Position numbers and translations under genes: made by a program | From: an uncultured Chitinophagaceae bacterium | Lineage (GTDB): Bacteria > Bacteroidota > Bacteroidia > Chitinophagales > Chitinophagaceae | NCBI GenBank assembly: GCA_963817075.1 | Contig: CAWFMT010000008.1 | Coordinates: 130,142 to 194,141 of the forward strand | Reading direction: 5' to 3' | Length of the DNA stretch: 64,000 bases | The notes under the pieces: generated by a model | The model's input: only the letters and a program-made list of their open reading frames with translations | Told to the model about the DNA's origin: nothing | Databases searched by the model: none | In this document: positions 29,801-38,021 of the stretch, in pieces | How the letters are laid out: every line of letters begins with the position of its first letter | How positions within the stretch are numbered: position 1 is the stretch's first letter

Positions 29801-30934
29801 GAAGCTTATGAAATCCTCAGAGGTTCAACTGCGGGATCATTAGCAGTGATAGCAACTGTTGGTGCGAATTCAACAAGCTATACTGATAATACAGTTTTGT
29901 CAAATACCAAGTATTTCTATGCTGTTCGTGCGAGGGATAATACTCCGTTGCGTTTTTCACCGAACAGTAATGTAGTAAGTACCATTACACCGAAGGCGAT
30001 TGTTTTGGTTAACCTTACTTACACCTTTATAGAAGCCGTTCCATGGAATAATACAGCCGTTAACCCTGATCCATTCCAGGTGTTCCCGAATCTTATTACT
30101 GATCAGAATGTGAATTCAGGTATAAGCATGGAGATCACCAGAGGTTTCAACGGACAAAATCCATTTGGTATGCAAACATTTGGTGCAGGTGGTATTTTCC
30201 CGAACAATGTAATGGCAGGATGTTATTGGTTAGATAAAACACAGTTGGGTCAATTTAAGCTAAGTGGTCTTAATCATAGCAAACGATACAGGATTGGATT
30301 CTTTGGAAGTGTTGGACCAGGATGGGTTAGTGATGAATTCAGGGATTATAATACCAAGTATTCAATTGGAAATAGAAGTGTCTACCTTAACTCACATTGG
30401 AATGACTCCAAGGTGGTATACATCGGCGATGTTGTTCCGGATCAGAATGGAGAAATATTCCTGAATGTGACCAGTCCACTTTCTTCTGAATATTCGTTCT
30501 CAAGCGCAATCATCATTCAAGCTTATGATGATGTAACCGGAGGAACGGTTGAGAATATGGTAAATCGTGAGGACTTCGTGGTTGCCCAGGAAGATGAGAC
30601 AGTTGATAACAATAATGGTAGTTCAACATTAACTACCAGGACGATAACTGAAAAACCGCAGTTAACCAAGGTAAATGCCTATCCTAACCCGTTTGCCGAA
30701 AGAGTCAGCATCGAATTTTACAACGAAGCTGCTGGCAACAAGGTAAGTGTGGACATTTATGACTTAACCGGTCGCCTGGTGTTCCGCAGAAGCCCAGGAA
30801 TAGTACCAGTGGGTATGAACACATTAAACTTGAATATGAAGGACAGCAACTTCAGTCCGGGGATTTACATGGTGAAACTAAACATCAATGGTAAAGACGT
30901 GAGTACCACTAAACTTGTAAAAGCTAAGGAGTGA
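23843..30934 (+). CDS. 2363-aa T9SS-secreted multidomain protein: esterase, FN3, PA14, LamG, cadherin-like Ig and three unassigned beta-sandwich-like modules
   Basis: Signal peptide. Alpha/beta-hydrolase core (YPVMVFFHGAGEPG, VDGLSAGGSAAF, ATGGLD, LGHFVW; ~24020-24720). FN3 modules (e.g. LQWDPSTDN...YNFTIKARD). PA14-like region (GLTYYYYEGSWD...GFVWQGHIRIPTTGNYRFETCSDDGSTLYFN; ~25760-26200). LamG/ConA-like region (GTHSLSLNGTSAYVTV...LWIKP...NGWNHVALVRNGTVLRLYFNG; ~26510-27180). Cadherin-like Ig modules (~27500-28065, 28890-29165). Unassigned modules at ~28075-28600, 29180-29700 and 29995-30530. T9SS C-terminus (VNAYPNPFAERVSIEF...GIYMVKL...KLVKAKE). Confidence 0.85.
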   Translation: MKKVLLLTTIGIISVFSLIAQPNVFSPTDPMVAYSSAQPSGSAQNPITVWQTIQKWVVTSRFTWDGDQYKSYHFNGMSFRVKFPATYAHNVVDNKKYPVMVFFHGAGEPGSIYDNELQLLHGGEFFMNTVNSGQFDGYLIYPQNQSGGFSSEHFQLIVQILDSMAKYVKLDVDRVIVDGLSAGGSAAFNITAGFPTRVTKSAPSAASANGLISMISSFVHIPIWFATGGLDTNPFPYNAEQFRNAFRNAGGDIQWTLFPTLGHFVWYNHWFEPGFIPYMNDNHKANPLIYFGRNQFCPDSAITARLGITAGFAQYEWRNQAGTIVGTSNEYFPTSYGTYSVRFRRIAGGPWSEWSPKPAVISPKPTTSTPTPTVQGLRSKVLPAPDGSTTVPLVLPNGFEKYEYFRVSDNLLMEDTLLYNAPPGVYRARVKEFFGCNATFSSNFTVISANGPNKPEAAKNLAAYVLSQTSIQLEWSENPVPSFDETNFEIYRGTSQGGPYTLLALAPPNVTTYTDLNLSPNTSYYYLVRAVNNTAAAANSNEANATTTVDNTPPTTPGNLRILAVNLYSVHLQWDPSTDNIALDKYDVYVNGSKLFTTEKTIYEVNGLDPQTTYNFTIKARDITGNNSAASNQVTTVTKMNGLTYYYYEGSWDALPNFSELPILEIGTTANFDIAPRNRNDQFGFVWQGHIRIPTTGNYRFETCSDDGSTLYFNTLYSPTARRFIDNDGLHGTACIIKDTTLTGGSIFPIAGTFFEQGGGEVMEAWWTLTGAGGSNFGRQIIPASAFTGTGSITGVIPAAPSSLRAVSTAFDRINLTWVDNSSGANNETGFEIVRSTSKTGPFANIVTVPAGTIAYTDTGLTANTVYFYKIRAIGTGGESVFVSNYTEANWKLNNNLNDAKGNASRAFTGTNTSFSSTDKKEGTHSLSLNGTSAYVTVNNSSTGQFPSEAGYTQRTVALWIKPTVTTNKRVIFDIGNSSDGMGLRFFNTSNAMQMGFAAGGTRVTAVVNNFASNANWILNGWNHVALVRNGTVLRLYFNGVDVGGTTGPATATSAASNNSRFGYSGTSNSDNVFNELSSGTNDNFSGLMDDIFISNTALTAADLLAMVNNTYLESADTTLALPAVPSAPTVLTTTAVSSSTINLQWNDNSSNETAFQVWRSTNNPLNYRLIATVAGGSGATKTFVDNSLFANLTYYYQVRAVNLGGFSAYSNSSNAKTKNSKPAIIDIRDFTMHYEEVRTLPFTVVDTDGDVQTFTTANLPSFATFQNVSNGNGQIVFTPTFMDQGSYLITVYVNDGNGGKDTTSFTMLVNENFTPTLNPVNNVTMNEGGDTTFSLIANDIESPSYMRWTFTNLPSFCTFTHDGNGAGSLRLRPTYASSGVYQISVMVEDGFGGWISRNFTLSVIEKDPDVKILLNFQNQFLSLAPAPWNNMSSQSISNLKNTLGVTTTVGATVVNSWQFNISSSGAQANGAGVYPDVVMRDFNHWGYFLGNNSVDVSELRITGLDPTKKYNFKFFASNTAPVRTTYAIGAESVSLNGFNNTSETVSINFVTPSPTGVISIIMTGDPNPDIGGIISALEIASQFDDGTNPAKPTNLTGVFQDNVGSLLNWTDVSYNEASYKVFRSTVRSGPYTQLNPGANNANTTNYTDATASQLTQYYYYVRASNSIGDSPSSDTVSILTGNNSPLINDLNDVYVKIGTNFNEDFSVSDYPGDVITVSSPNLPSWAVLQNLGGGNYRIAVTPSNDGRGFTTATIVAKDDKGGETTMDFVLHVADRYTRSFYLNFGDISNSAPSPWNNLPGLLYNGRVDNNLRDETGVPAIGVGFSVATNWSNIHSFGLSTGNNSGIVPDVVLQSGNMVTDNTPRQMSFTGLNNARRYNVVFVGSGNTGVVAVADLKVGGVTQAVANGRFNTNTSAQINGLAPSGGTITFTFTKQAAAKYAYVNAIILEEYVDTFNLSLINPINLYAEPASKTSVKLTWSERSNAEEAYEILRGSTAGSLAVIATVGANSTSYTDNTVLSNTKYFYAVRARDNTPLRFSPNSNVVSTITPKAIVLVNLTYTFIEAVPWNNTAVNPDPFQVFPNLITDQNVNSGISMEITRGFNGQNPFGMQTFGAGGIFPNNVMAGCYWLDKTQLGQFKLSGLNHSKRYRIGFFGSVGPGWVSDEFRDYNTKYSIGNRSVYLNSHWNDSKVVYIGDVVPDQNGEIFLNVTSPLSSEYSFSSAIIIQAYDDVTGGTVENMVNREDFVVAQEDETVDNNNGSSTLTTRTITEKPQLTKVNAYPNPFAERVSIEFYNEAAGNKVSVDIYDLTGRLVFRRSPGIVPVGMNTLNLNMKDSNFSPGIYMVKLNINGKDVSTTKLVKAKE

Positions 30935-30953
30935 CGAACCATTGTGTCATAAG

Positions 30954-30982
30954 CCGGGAAGGCCCTGTATTCCCGGTTTTTT
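30954..30982 (+). terminator. rho-independent terminator of the giant gene
   Basis: ccgggaa-ggccctgta-ttcccgg followed by T6, 20 nt after the stop. Confidence 0.75.
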
Positions 30983-31112
30983 GATATTTTCCAAATGATT
31001 TAAGGCTTACAGGTCGGTTAATCGATAGATCAGAGTTAATTTGCATCATAATTTTTAACCTTGCCGCTCGAATTGTCAAAGCAAGGTTTACCTCAAACTA
31101 CAATTAGTCTTC

Positions 31113-33317
31113 ATGGACCTCTTATACTTATTGAATTCGCTTTTTCGGAAAAAGTGGATAATAATCTTCAGTACAATTATCGGGATTGGCGCAGGCGTTG
31201 CCTTTACATTTACGCTGCGTAAAACATATACTGCACTTGCGCAATATTCAACAGGTTTTACAATTGGTCAGAAGGTAAAGATCCAGTCTGACGAAGCCCT
31301 GAACATCTTTGATATTGATTTCCGTTTCAGGAATGCATTTGAAACCTTCCGTTCTCCCATAGTAATGGGCATGGTTGCATACAAACTTTTGCTCCATGAT
31401 CTTTCAGCCAGCCAGCCTTACCGGAAACTTGACGAAAATCTAAAAGCGAAAACCAAGATCGATGAGAAACTAGTGCCTCGCATGAAGTTGATCCTTGAGC
31501 AGAAGATCGCTGAAATGCAGGTCCTGGATGTAAATAATCCCGAAGAAAAAAAGATCAGCAACTTATTGGCTGCATACGAATACGACCACGGTTCCCTCAT
31601 CAAAAGAATGACCACCCAACGAGTAGAGGGGAGTGATTACCTGAATATCTGGTTCACATCAGAAAACCCGCAATTGTCATCCTTTGTTGTAAATGAACTT
31701 GGGGTCTCCTTCGAAAGATTTTATACCAACCTCTATGGGAGAAGGTCAACTGAATCCTCATCACGTCTTGATAGTCTCACCAGCGCCAAGAGATTGGAAC
31801 TGGATCAGATCACTAAGATCTACGAAAATTTCAGAAAGAAACAGGGTTCTCCGGATGTAGCAGGCAAGGCGACAGCTGCCATGGACATGGTAAATGAATT
31901 CAGTAATAAATATTCCGATGAACAGGCAAAATTGAATGGTTTCAGGCAGAAACTTGCAGCCATCAATAGCCAATTGGGGAATTATCCCGGCGCTCCAACA
32001 GTTACTACAAAAAATAACAATGCTGAGATTATTTCGCTCATGGCTGAGAACCGTGACCTTGCGGCACAAATTGCAGAAAGAGGAGGAAGCGCACCAGATC
32101 TCGAGAACAAGCGTGCAGCTAATCTTAAAAGAATTCAGGAACTCACCCCCCAATCCACAGGAACTTCAACTGGCACCAGGGCAGTAGAAAAAAGGGAAGA
32201 CCTCATAAGAGAGAAAGGATTGCTGGAGGCAGATATTCGCGCATCGGAACAAAATGTGAGTCTATACAGAGTTCAATGGAGGGCAGCAGAAAATGTAGCC
32301 TCAACTGGTGGCGACCTAAACGTGATAGATCAAAAGTACCAGAGTGACGTAAAAATGGCCACGGATGAACTTACCTATCTTAAGGGTCGTCAGCAGGCAG
32401 CCCAGGATATGAACGTTGCTCCTGATATCAACTTCAAACAAACCTTATTAGGCCAGCCTCCTGCAGAACCAGATCCACAGCATAAGATGGTGATAGTTGC
32501 TGCTGCTGGATTTGCAATGCTTGTATTGTCAATGTTGCTCATCATCTTACTGGATCTTATAGATGGTTCATTGAAAACCCCTTCAGTATTTCTAAGGAAT
32601 ACAAGATTGAAACTTTTGAGCACCGTGAATAAGATCAACCTGAAAAAGAAAAATGTTCTTCATTATTTCGATCCGAATAACACTCTCGAAAAACGATCAG
32701 AGGATGAAGATCTCTTTGTTGAAAACATTAGGAAGCTTCGGTACGAAATTGAACAAACGGGCAAGAAGATATTTTTATTCACAAGCAATCGACCTAAGGA
32801 AGGAAAAACCACGATCATGCAGGCATTGGCCAGCAGTTTCAGTATGAGTAAAAAGAAGATCTTGCTGATCGATTCAAATTTTTCCAATAACACATTAACA
32901 AGGCAATTCGATGCCAAGCCGTCGCTTCAACAATTTAGTCTCAATGGCGGCGGGAAGAATGTATTGGATAAGTTCTGGAGTATTACCAGCACAACGGATA
33001 TTCTCAATGTTGATGTTGTTGGTTGTAACGAAGGAAATTTTACTCCTTCTGAAATTCTCCCGCAAAATAATTTGCTGGACAATCTGCGCGTCATAGCCTC
33101 AGAATATGATTATATTTTTATTGAAGGCGCGGCATTGAACAACCATGCTGATAGCAAAGAACTTTCTAAATATGTAGATGGGATCGTCTCGGTTTTCTCA
33201 TCCAATTCGGTGATTCGTCAGACCGACAAAGACTCAATCCATTTTTTAAGAAATACCGGCAATAAATATGTTGGCGCTGTTTTAAATGGAGTAGAAGCTG
33301 AAAACGTTGACCTGTAA
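31113..33317 (+). CDS. Wzc/GumC-like polysaccharide chain-length determinant with a C-terminal P-loop domain (possibly catalytically degenerate)
   Basis: N-terminal TM segment, then a long coiled-coil periplasmic region, a second TM segment (VIVAAAGFAMLVLSMLLIILL), then the P-loop TSNRPKEGKTTI. The Walker A'/B-like segments (LLIDSNF, YIFIEGAA) lack the usual Asp residues. There is no C-terminal Tyr cluster. Confidence 0.7.
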   Translation: MDLLYLLNSLFRKKWIIIFSTIIGIGAGVAFTFTLRKTYTALAQYSTGFTIGQKVKIQSDEALNIFDIDFRFRNAFETFRSPIVMGMVAYKLLLHDLSASQPYRKLDENLKAKTKIDEKLVPRMKLILEQKIAEMQVLDVNNPEEKKISNLLAAYEYDHGSLIKRMTTQRVEGSDYLNIWFTSENPQLSSFVVNELGVSFERFYTNLYGRRSTESSSRLDSLTSAKRLELDQITKIYENFRKKQGSPDVAGKATAAMDMVNEFSNKYSDEQAKLNGFRQKLAAINSQLGNYPGAPTVTTKNNNAEIISLMAENRDLAAQIAERGGSAPDLENKRAANLKRIQELTPQSTGTSTGTRAVEKREDLIREKGLLEADIRASEQNVSLYRVQWRAAENVASTGGDLNVIDQKYQSDVKMATDELTYLKGRQQAAQDMNVAPDINFKQTLLGQPPAEPDPQHKMVIVAAAGFAMLVLSMLLIILLDLIDGSLKTPSVFLRNTRLKLLSTVNKINLKKKNVLHYFDPNNTLEKRSEDEDLFVENIRKLRYEIEQTGKKIFLFTSNRPKEGKTTIMQALASSFSMSKKKILLIDSNFSNNTLTRQFDAKPSLQQFSLNGGGKNVLDKFWSITSTTDILNVDVVGCNEGNFTPSEILPQNNLLDNLRVIASEYDYIFIEGAALNNHADSKELSKYVDGIVSVFSSNSVIRQTDKDSIHFLRNTGNKYVGAVLNGVEAENVDL

Positions 33318-33327
33318 ACCTTGAACC

Positions 33328-34491
33328 TTGCTTAATTCTTTATTCAATACAAAATATGTCTTAGGTCGAAACAGGAATCCCTGGGTAGACTATGCAAGAG
33401 GGATTTGTATTATCCTGGTATGCTACCGGCATACTTATGAAGGGTTGGTAAATTCCGGGCTTCTTCAACCTGCAGAGCATGGAATACTTCAATATCTGAA
33501 CGTTTATTTCTTCAGTTTCAGAATGCCTTTGTTCTTTATCGTTTCAGGCATCTTCGTGGGGATGAGTCTCGCAAAAAAAGGCGTCGGAAATTATATTGAA
33601 GACAGGCTTCGGTATATTTTTTATCCGCTGGTGATTTGGGGATCTATCCAGATCACGCTTCAGCTTTTCATGGCTAATTATGCAAATGCCACCAGGGAAC
33701 CTATCGATTACCTGTATCTGATTATCGCTCCAAGAGAGATAGAGCAATTCTGGTATCTCAATGCTTTGTTCTTTGTGGGAGTATTGTATGTTATCCTCAA
33801 GGTAAAGCTGAAATTCACTGCCTACCAGCAATTGATCCTTGGAAGTGCATTGTATCTGATCGCAGCGATCTGCCTGGATGAGAAAATTAATCTCGGGCTA
33901 TTCGTTGACATCTTTTTCTTCTACCCGTTCTTCGCCATTGGAGATTGTATTTCCCACCTGGTGATGGATCCCGAAAAAAGATCGAAGCTATTGTCACTGA
34001 AATCATTTCTATTTATTCTTCCCTTGTTTTTGATTGGACAGTATGTATTTACCAATCTCAATCTTAAGCATAATGATGACTACTATGTACATCATTCGCT
34101 GCCGGCACTTTTTGCATTGATCGCTATTATCGGCTGTGCGTTTATAGTGAACGTCTGTTATTTTATGGAAAGAGCAAATTCAGTGAGGTTCCTGCGCGTG
34201 ATAGGATATCACTCTTTATACATCTATATTATGCACCTGATCATCATTGCAGGACTCAGGGCAGTTTACACAAAAGTATTTGGGTTGACTAACGTTTATC
34301 TTTTCATTCTTTTGGCAATATCGCTTGGAATTCTGTTGCCAATTGTCACTTACAACCTGGCAAACAGAATAGGCGCAGGTTGGATCTTTGAATTGAAGAA
34401 AAACAGATCGAAAAAACAAATATCAGATTTGCCGCAAGGATATATTCCCAAGGTTAACAATGCAAACCCTGAGACTGTTATCGCGGACTAA
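33328..34491 (+). CDS. acyltransferase-3 family membrane O-acyltransferase
   Basis: TTG start. ~10 TM segments. N-terminal WVDYARGICIILVCYRH, typical of the family. Confidence 0.6.
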   Translation: MLNSLFNTKYVLGRNRNPWVDYARGICIILVCYRHTYEGLVNSGLLQPAEHGILQYLNVYFFSFRMPLFFIVSGIFVGMSLAKKGVGNYIEDRLRYIFYPLVIWGSIQITLQLFMANYANATREPIDYLYLIIAPREIEQFWYLNALFFVGVLYVILKVKLKFTAYQQLILGSALYLIAAICLDEKINLGLFVDIFFFYPFFAIGDCISHLVMDPEKRSKLLSLKSFLFILPLFLIGQYVFTNLNLKHNDDYYVHHSLPALFALIAIIGCAFIVNVCYFMERANSVRFLRVIGYHSLYIYIMHLIIIAGLRAVYTKVFGLTNVYLFILLAISLGILLPIVTYNLANRIGAGWIFELKKNRSKKQISDLPQGYIPKVNNANPETVIAD

Positions 34492-34514
34492 GGCTTTCGT
34501 TAGGCATTTACCCA

Positions 34515-35732
34515 ATGGAACATAAGACTATTCAAAATAGAGACATCGTACTTTTTGGTTTCATGGCCTGGGATGGACCAATTGCCAGCAACTTCAAGGA
34601 AATGGCATTTGAGCTTTCCCGGTACAACAGGGTATTGTATGTAAATCGTGCAATGGATCGCGCCACACTGGCCAGAAATAAGAATACCCCGAAGAAAGAT
34701 CCTAAAAACAAGATCGAGAAGGTTTCAGACAGCCTGTGGGTTCTGCATCCTTCAACTGTAATGGAATCCATCAACTGGATACCAATAAATTTTATTTACG
34801 ATATTCTTTCAAGAGCAAATACCAAGAAGCTTGCGAAGGAGATCAGGGAAACGATGACAACCCTTGAATTCAGAAATACGATCCTTATAAATGATAATGA
34901 TTTTTTCCGCGGGCATGGGATGAAAGAATTGCTCAATAGCACAGACCATATATTTTATATCCGTGATTATCTCACTTATCAACCATGGTTCAGACGTCAT
35001 GGTCCCAGGATGGAGAAGAAACTACTTGAACAGGCGGATTTAGTAGTTGCTAATTCAACTTATCTCGCAAACTATGCAAGGAAGTTTAATAAACTTTCCT
35101 TTGACATTGGACAAGGATGTGAGCTTGATAATTATATGGTAGATGATCTGCCGCAGCCAGAGGACGTTGGTTCAATTCCAAGGCCAATCATCGGTTATAC
35201 CGGAGCCATTAGCGGAACCCGACTGGATGCTGATGTCATCGCGCATATTGCCAGCAATATTCCCGAAGTAAGTGTTGTTCTAGTTGGCCCGCTTTCAGAC
35301 AATTTTCCAGGAGAATCATTAAAACAATATTCTAACGTGCATTTCCTTGGAAGCAAGCCACCTTCCACTATTCCTAATTATGTGTTCCAGTTTGATGTTT
35401 GCATGAACCCTCAACAGGTTAATCAACTAACCATTGGAAATTATCCAAGGAAGGCGGATGAATACCTGGCCATGGGCAAACCAATGGTAGCTACTGAAAC
35501 GGAAGCAATGGAAATGTTTCGCGACCATGTGTTCTTATGCAGGACCAAGGATGATTATGTCACTAACATCAGGAATATATTAAAGAATAAAGAACTCCAG
35601 AACGGCGAGGCAAAAAGCAGAAGGCAAGAATTTGCACAATCGCATTCATGGCAGGAGAGTATCGGCCGGATGGGAGATGCATACTTTGCCTACAAAAATG
35701 AAAGAAATGAATTCGAGCAGAAGAAACCATAA
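34515..35732 (+). CDS. GT-B fold glycosyltransferase (family 1/4-like)
   Basis: Soluble 405 aa. The C-terminal half has ...IGYTGAIS..., LVGP... and the E-x7-E-like region KADEYLAMGKPMVATETEAMEMF. Confidence 0.6.
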   Translation: MEHKTIQNRDIVLFGFMAWDGPIASNFKEMAFELSRYNRVLYVNRAMDRATLARNKNTPKKDPKNKIEKVSDSLWVLHPSTVMESINWIPINFIYDILSRANTKKLAKEIRETMTTLEFRNTILINDNDFFRGHGMKELLNSTDHIFYIRDYLTYQPWFRRHGPRMEKKLLEQADLVVANSTYLANYARKFNKLSFDIGQGCELDNYMVDDLPQPEDVGSIPRPIIGYTGAISGTRLDADVIAHIASNIPEVSVVLVGPLSDNFPGESLKQYSNVHFLGSKPPSTIPNYVFQFDVCMNPQQVNQLTIGNYPRKADEYLAMGKPMVATETEAMEMFRDHVFLCRTKDDYVTNIRNILKNKELQNGEAKSRRQEFAQSHSWQESIGRMGDAYFAYKNERNEFEQKKP

Positions 35733-35808
35733 GGTGTTTGAAAATATCACCACTCTATTTGTTATAGCATTCCTATTGGGCATGTTCATTAAATTCCTGT
35801 TCTTGTAG

Positions 35809-37299
35809 ATGAACCTTTCATTGAACGATACCAGGAGCAGCATTAGAAGTTGGTTGAGATATAATTTTCTCACCAAGAAACTGAATACTCCACTTGGTTA
35901 CATTTTGCTTGGGCTTATTGCAATTTTGATTGCCTATACCTCGGCCTATGTTAGCTATAAGCTGGTTTTCGGATTAATTGTAATTTTTGCCGGGGCGGTA
36001 TTGGCTGTTGCTTCGGTACTCTTCCCATATTTTGGATTTTATTGGGTGATGATTTTATCGGTCCTGATCTTCACACCAGAAAGATTATTCGGTCTCTTTT
36101 TACCATTTGGAATAGTGGTGGAGATTTATACTTATCTGACTCTTTTGGGAGTGTTGACCCGGGAATATGGAAAACAGCAGATACAACGCGAGTTCTGGAG
36201 GCAGCCAATCACCATCATTTTAATTGTTCTGCTTTTGTTTTATACGGCGGAAGGAGCAAATCCTTCTATGTATGGAATTCTTGGTTGGTTTAATTTTTAT
36301 AGAAAATTCATAAGCTTTCTGGCTTTTTATCTAATTGCCTATTCACTTTTAAATAGCAAGGCGCAGGTCTGGACCTTCATAAAGTTCTGGATTATCATGG
36401 TCACGCTACTTGCACTTTACACCATAAAACAGCAATTAATTGGCTTCGCGAACTGGGAATATTATTGGCTGATTGCTGATAAGGATAGGTATGATCTGTA
36501 TTTTCAGCAGGGATTTGTTAGAAAGTTTGCCATCCTTGCTGATCCTGCTGCTGCGGGCGCTTTGTTTGCGTCAATGTCTGTATTTCTTCTCGTGTTGGGA
36601 TTGAGAACCAGGGAAGCCAAGATCAAATGGCTGCTTTATATTGCTTCAGTTTTCAATATGGTTGCCTCCAGTTTTACCGGAACACGGACTGCAAACCTCA
36701 TGATCATAGCTGGAATTCTGTTTTACTGTGTGGCAACTATCTATGAAAAAAGGACAATTCGGTTCTTTATTGGAGCCATCGTTGGATTTTTACTTCTCCT
36801 GTTCATACCGGTCTATAACCCTGTAGTAATTCGTATCAGGACCACCTTTCAGGGTTCAAATGATCCTTCTGCCGCCCTAAGAAATTTCAACAGGGCTCGA
36901 ATTCAGCCATATATTTACTCCCATCCTATTGGAGGGGGGATCTATACATCACTAGTGGAAGGACCGATCTATAATCCCGGCCATCCATTGAGCCGTTTCT
37001 CCCCTGATAGCGGTTATATGAAAATTGCAGTGGAACAGGGACCTATAGGTCTTGCATTGGCCCTGATCTTTTATTACCTTATTCTTCGAACGGGGGTCAA
37101 AAATTTCTTTCGAACCCGAGATCCTGTGAAGCGTGACTGGTACATTAGCATTTTGTGCATGATTTTCGCTTTATTAGTGGGACAATATTCACAGGTCCTC
37201 ATCGGCCAATATCCAACAATCTTTTTCTTTTATGCAACAATGGCAATATTCATTAAGCTGGCAAAATTTGAAAACAACCAACCATCATTAAACTCATAA
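35809..37299 (+). CDS. O-antigen ligase/Wzy-like polytopic membrane protein
   Basis: 496 aa with at least 10 TM segments and a large loop after the segment FTGTRTANLMIIAG (Wzy_C-like). Confidence 0.55.
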   Translation: MNLSLNDTRSSIRSWLRYNFLTKKLNTPLGYILLGLIAILIAYTSAYVSYKLVFGLIVIFAGAVLAVASVLFPYFGFYWVMILSVLIFTPERLFGLFLPFGIVVEIYTYLTLLGVLTREYGKQQIQREFWRQPITIILIVLLLFYTAEGANPSMYGILGWFNFYRKFISFLAFYLIAYSLLNSKAQVWTFIKFWIIMVTLLALYTIKQQLIGFANWEYYWLIADKDRYDLYFQQGFVRKFAILADPAAAGALFASMSVFLLVLGLRTREAKIKWLLYIASVFNMVASSFTGTRTANLMIIAGILFYCVATIYEKRTIRFFIGAIVGFLLLLFIPVYNPVVIRIRTTFQGSNDPSAALRNFNRARIQPYIYSHPIGGGIYTSLVEGPIYNPGHPLSRFSPDSGYMKIAVEQGPIGLALALIFYYLILRTGVKNFFRTRDPVKRDWYISILCMIFALLVGQYSQVLIGQYPTIFFFYATMAIFIKLAKFENNQPSLNS

Positions 37300-37304
37300 T
37301 TGGC

Positions 37305-38015
37305 ATGAAAAAATTATTCATTTGCGTAATTACAATCTCGGCTTACCTAAGCACCACGGCACAGGTTATCCGTGAAGGCGAAAAATACCGGAGCAATGTT
37401 GATATTTCAAAGATCAAGGACGTAAGGGAAAAGCTGGTGCACTTGGCAATGCAGAACCCGGATTACGAAATATCTGACCGCATGGTGAACAGGTCATTCT
37501 ATGAACTTCAAAAGGCAAAGGGAGGTTGGCTTGGAGCTGTTTCAGCCCAGTACAACGTAAATGAATTTTCCCTCAAGCAGAACAGTGGAAATGGCGTTGC
37601 CAACCTCTATCCGAGATATAATTTTGGTGTGAATGTTCCTCTTGACCTCTTTACAACCCAAAGGAATAATGTAAAAGCAGCAAGGGAAACCTATATGATC
37701 AGCGAAGCTGAGAGAAATAAGCAATTCCGGAATATCAGGGCCGAAGTGCTTACCAGGTATGAAGATTTCCTGATGTACAAAACGTTGTTAGACCTGCAGG
37801 TGCGATTAACGCAGGATGAATACACTACATATATCACAAAGGAAAAAGACTTTCAGGAAAATTTTATTGATCAGAAAGAATACAACCAGTTCGTAAGATC
37901 TTACAATGAACAATTGGCGAAACAGGCCGAAACGCAAAGAAATTATAATATCGCAAAGTTGCGTATCGAAGAGATGATTGGTATTCCGATAGAACAGGTA
38001 ATCGGCACGAAATAA
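37305..38015 (+). CDS. half-size TolC/outer-membrane-efflux-protein-like protein
   Basis: Signal peptide MKKLFICVITISAYLSTTAQ. One OEP-type repeat (…KAKGGWLGAVSAQYNVNEF...LYPRYNFGVNVPLDLF... followed by long helical segments). 236 aa, versus ~420-480 aa for canonical TolC-family proteins. Confidence 0.5.
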   Translation: MKKLFICVITISAYLSTTAQVIREGEKYRSNVDISKIKDVREKLVHLAMQNPDYEISDRMVNRSFYELQKAKGGWLGAVSAQYNVNEFSLKQNSGNGVANLYPRYNFGVNVPLDLFTTQRNNVKAARETYMISEAERNKQFRNIRAEVLTRYEDFLMYKTLLDLQVRLTQDEYTTYITKEKDFQENFIDQKEYNQFVRSYNEQLAKQAETQRNYNIAKLRIEEMIGIPIEQVIGTK

Positions 38016-38021
38016 TTCTTA

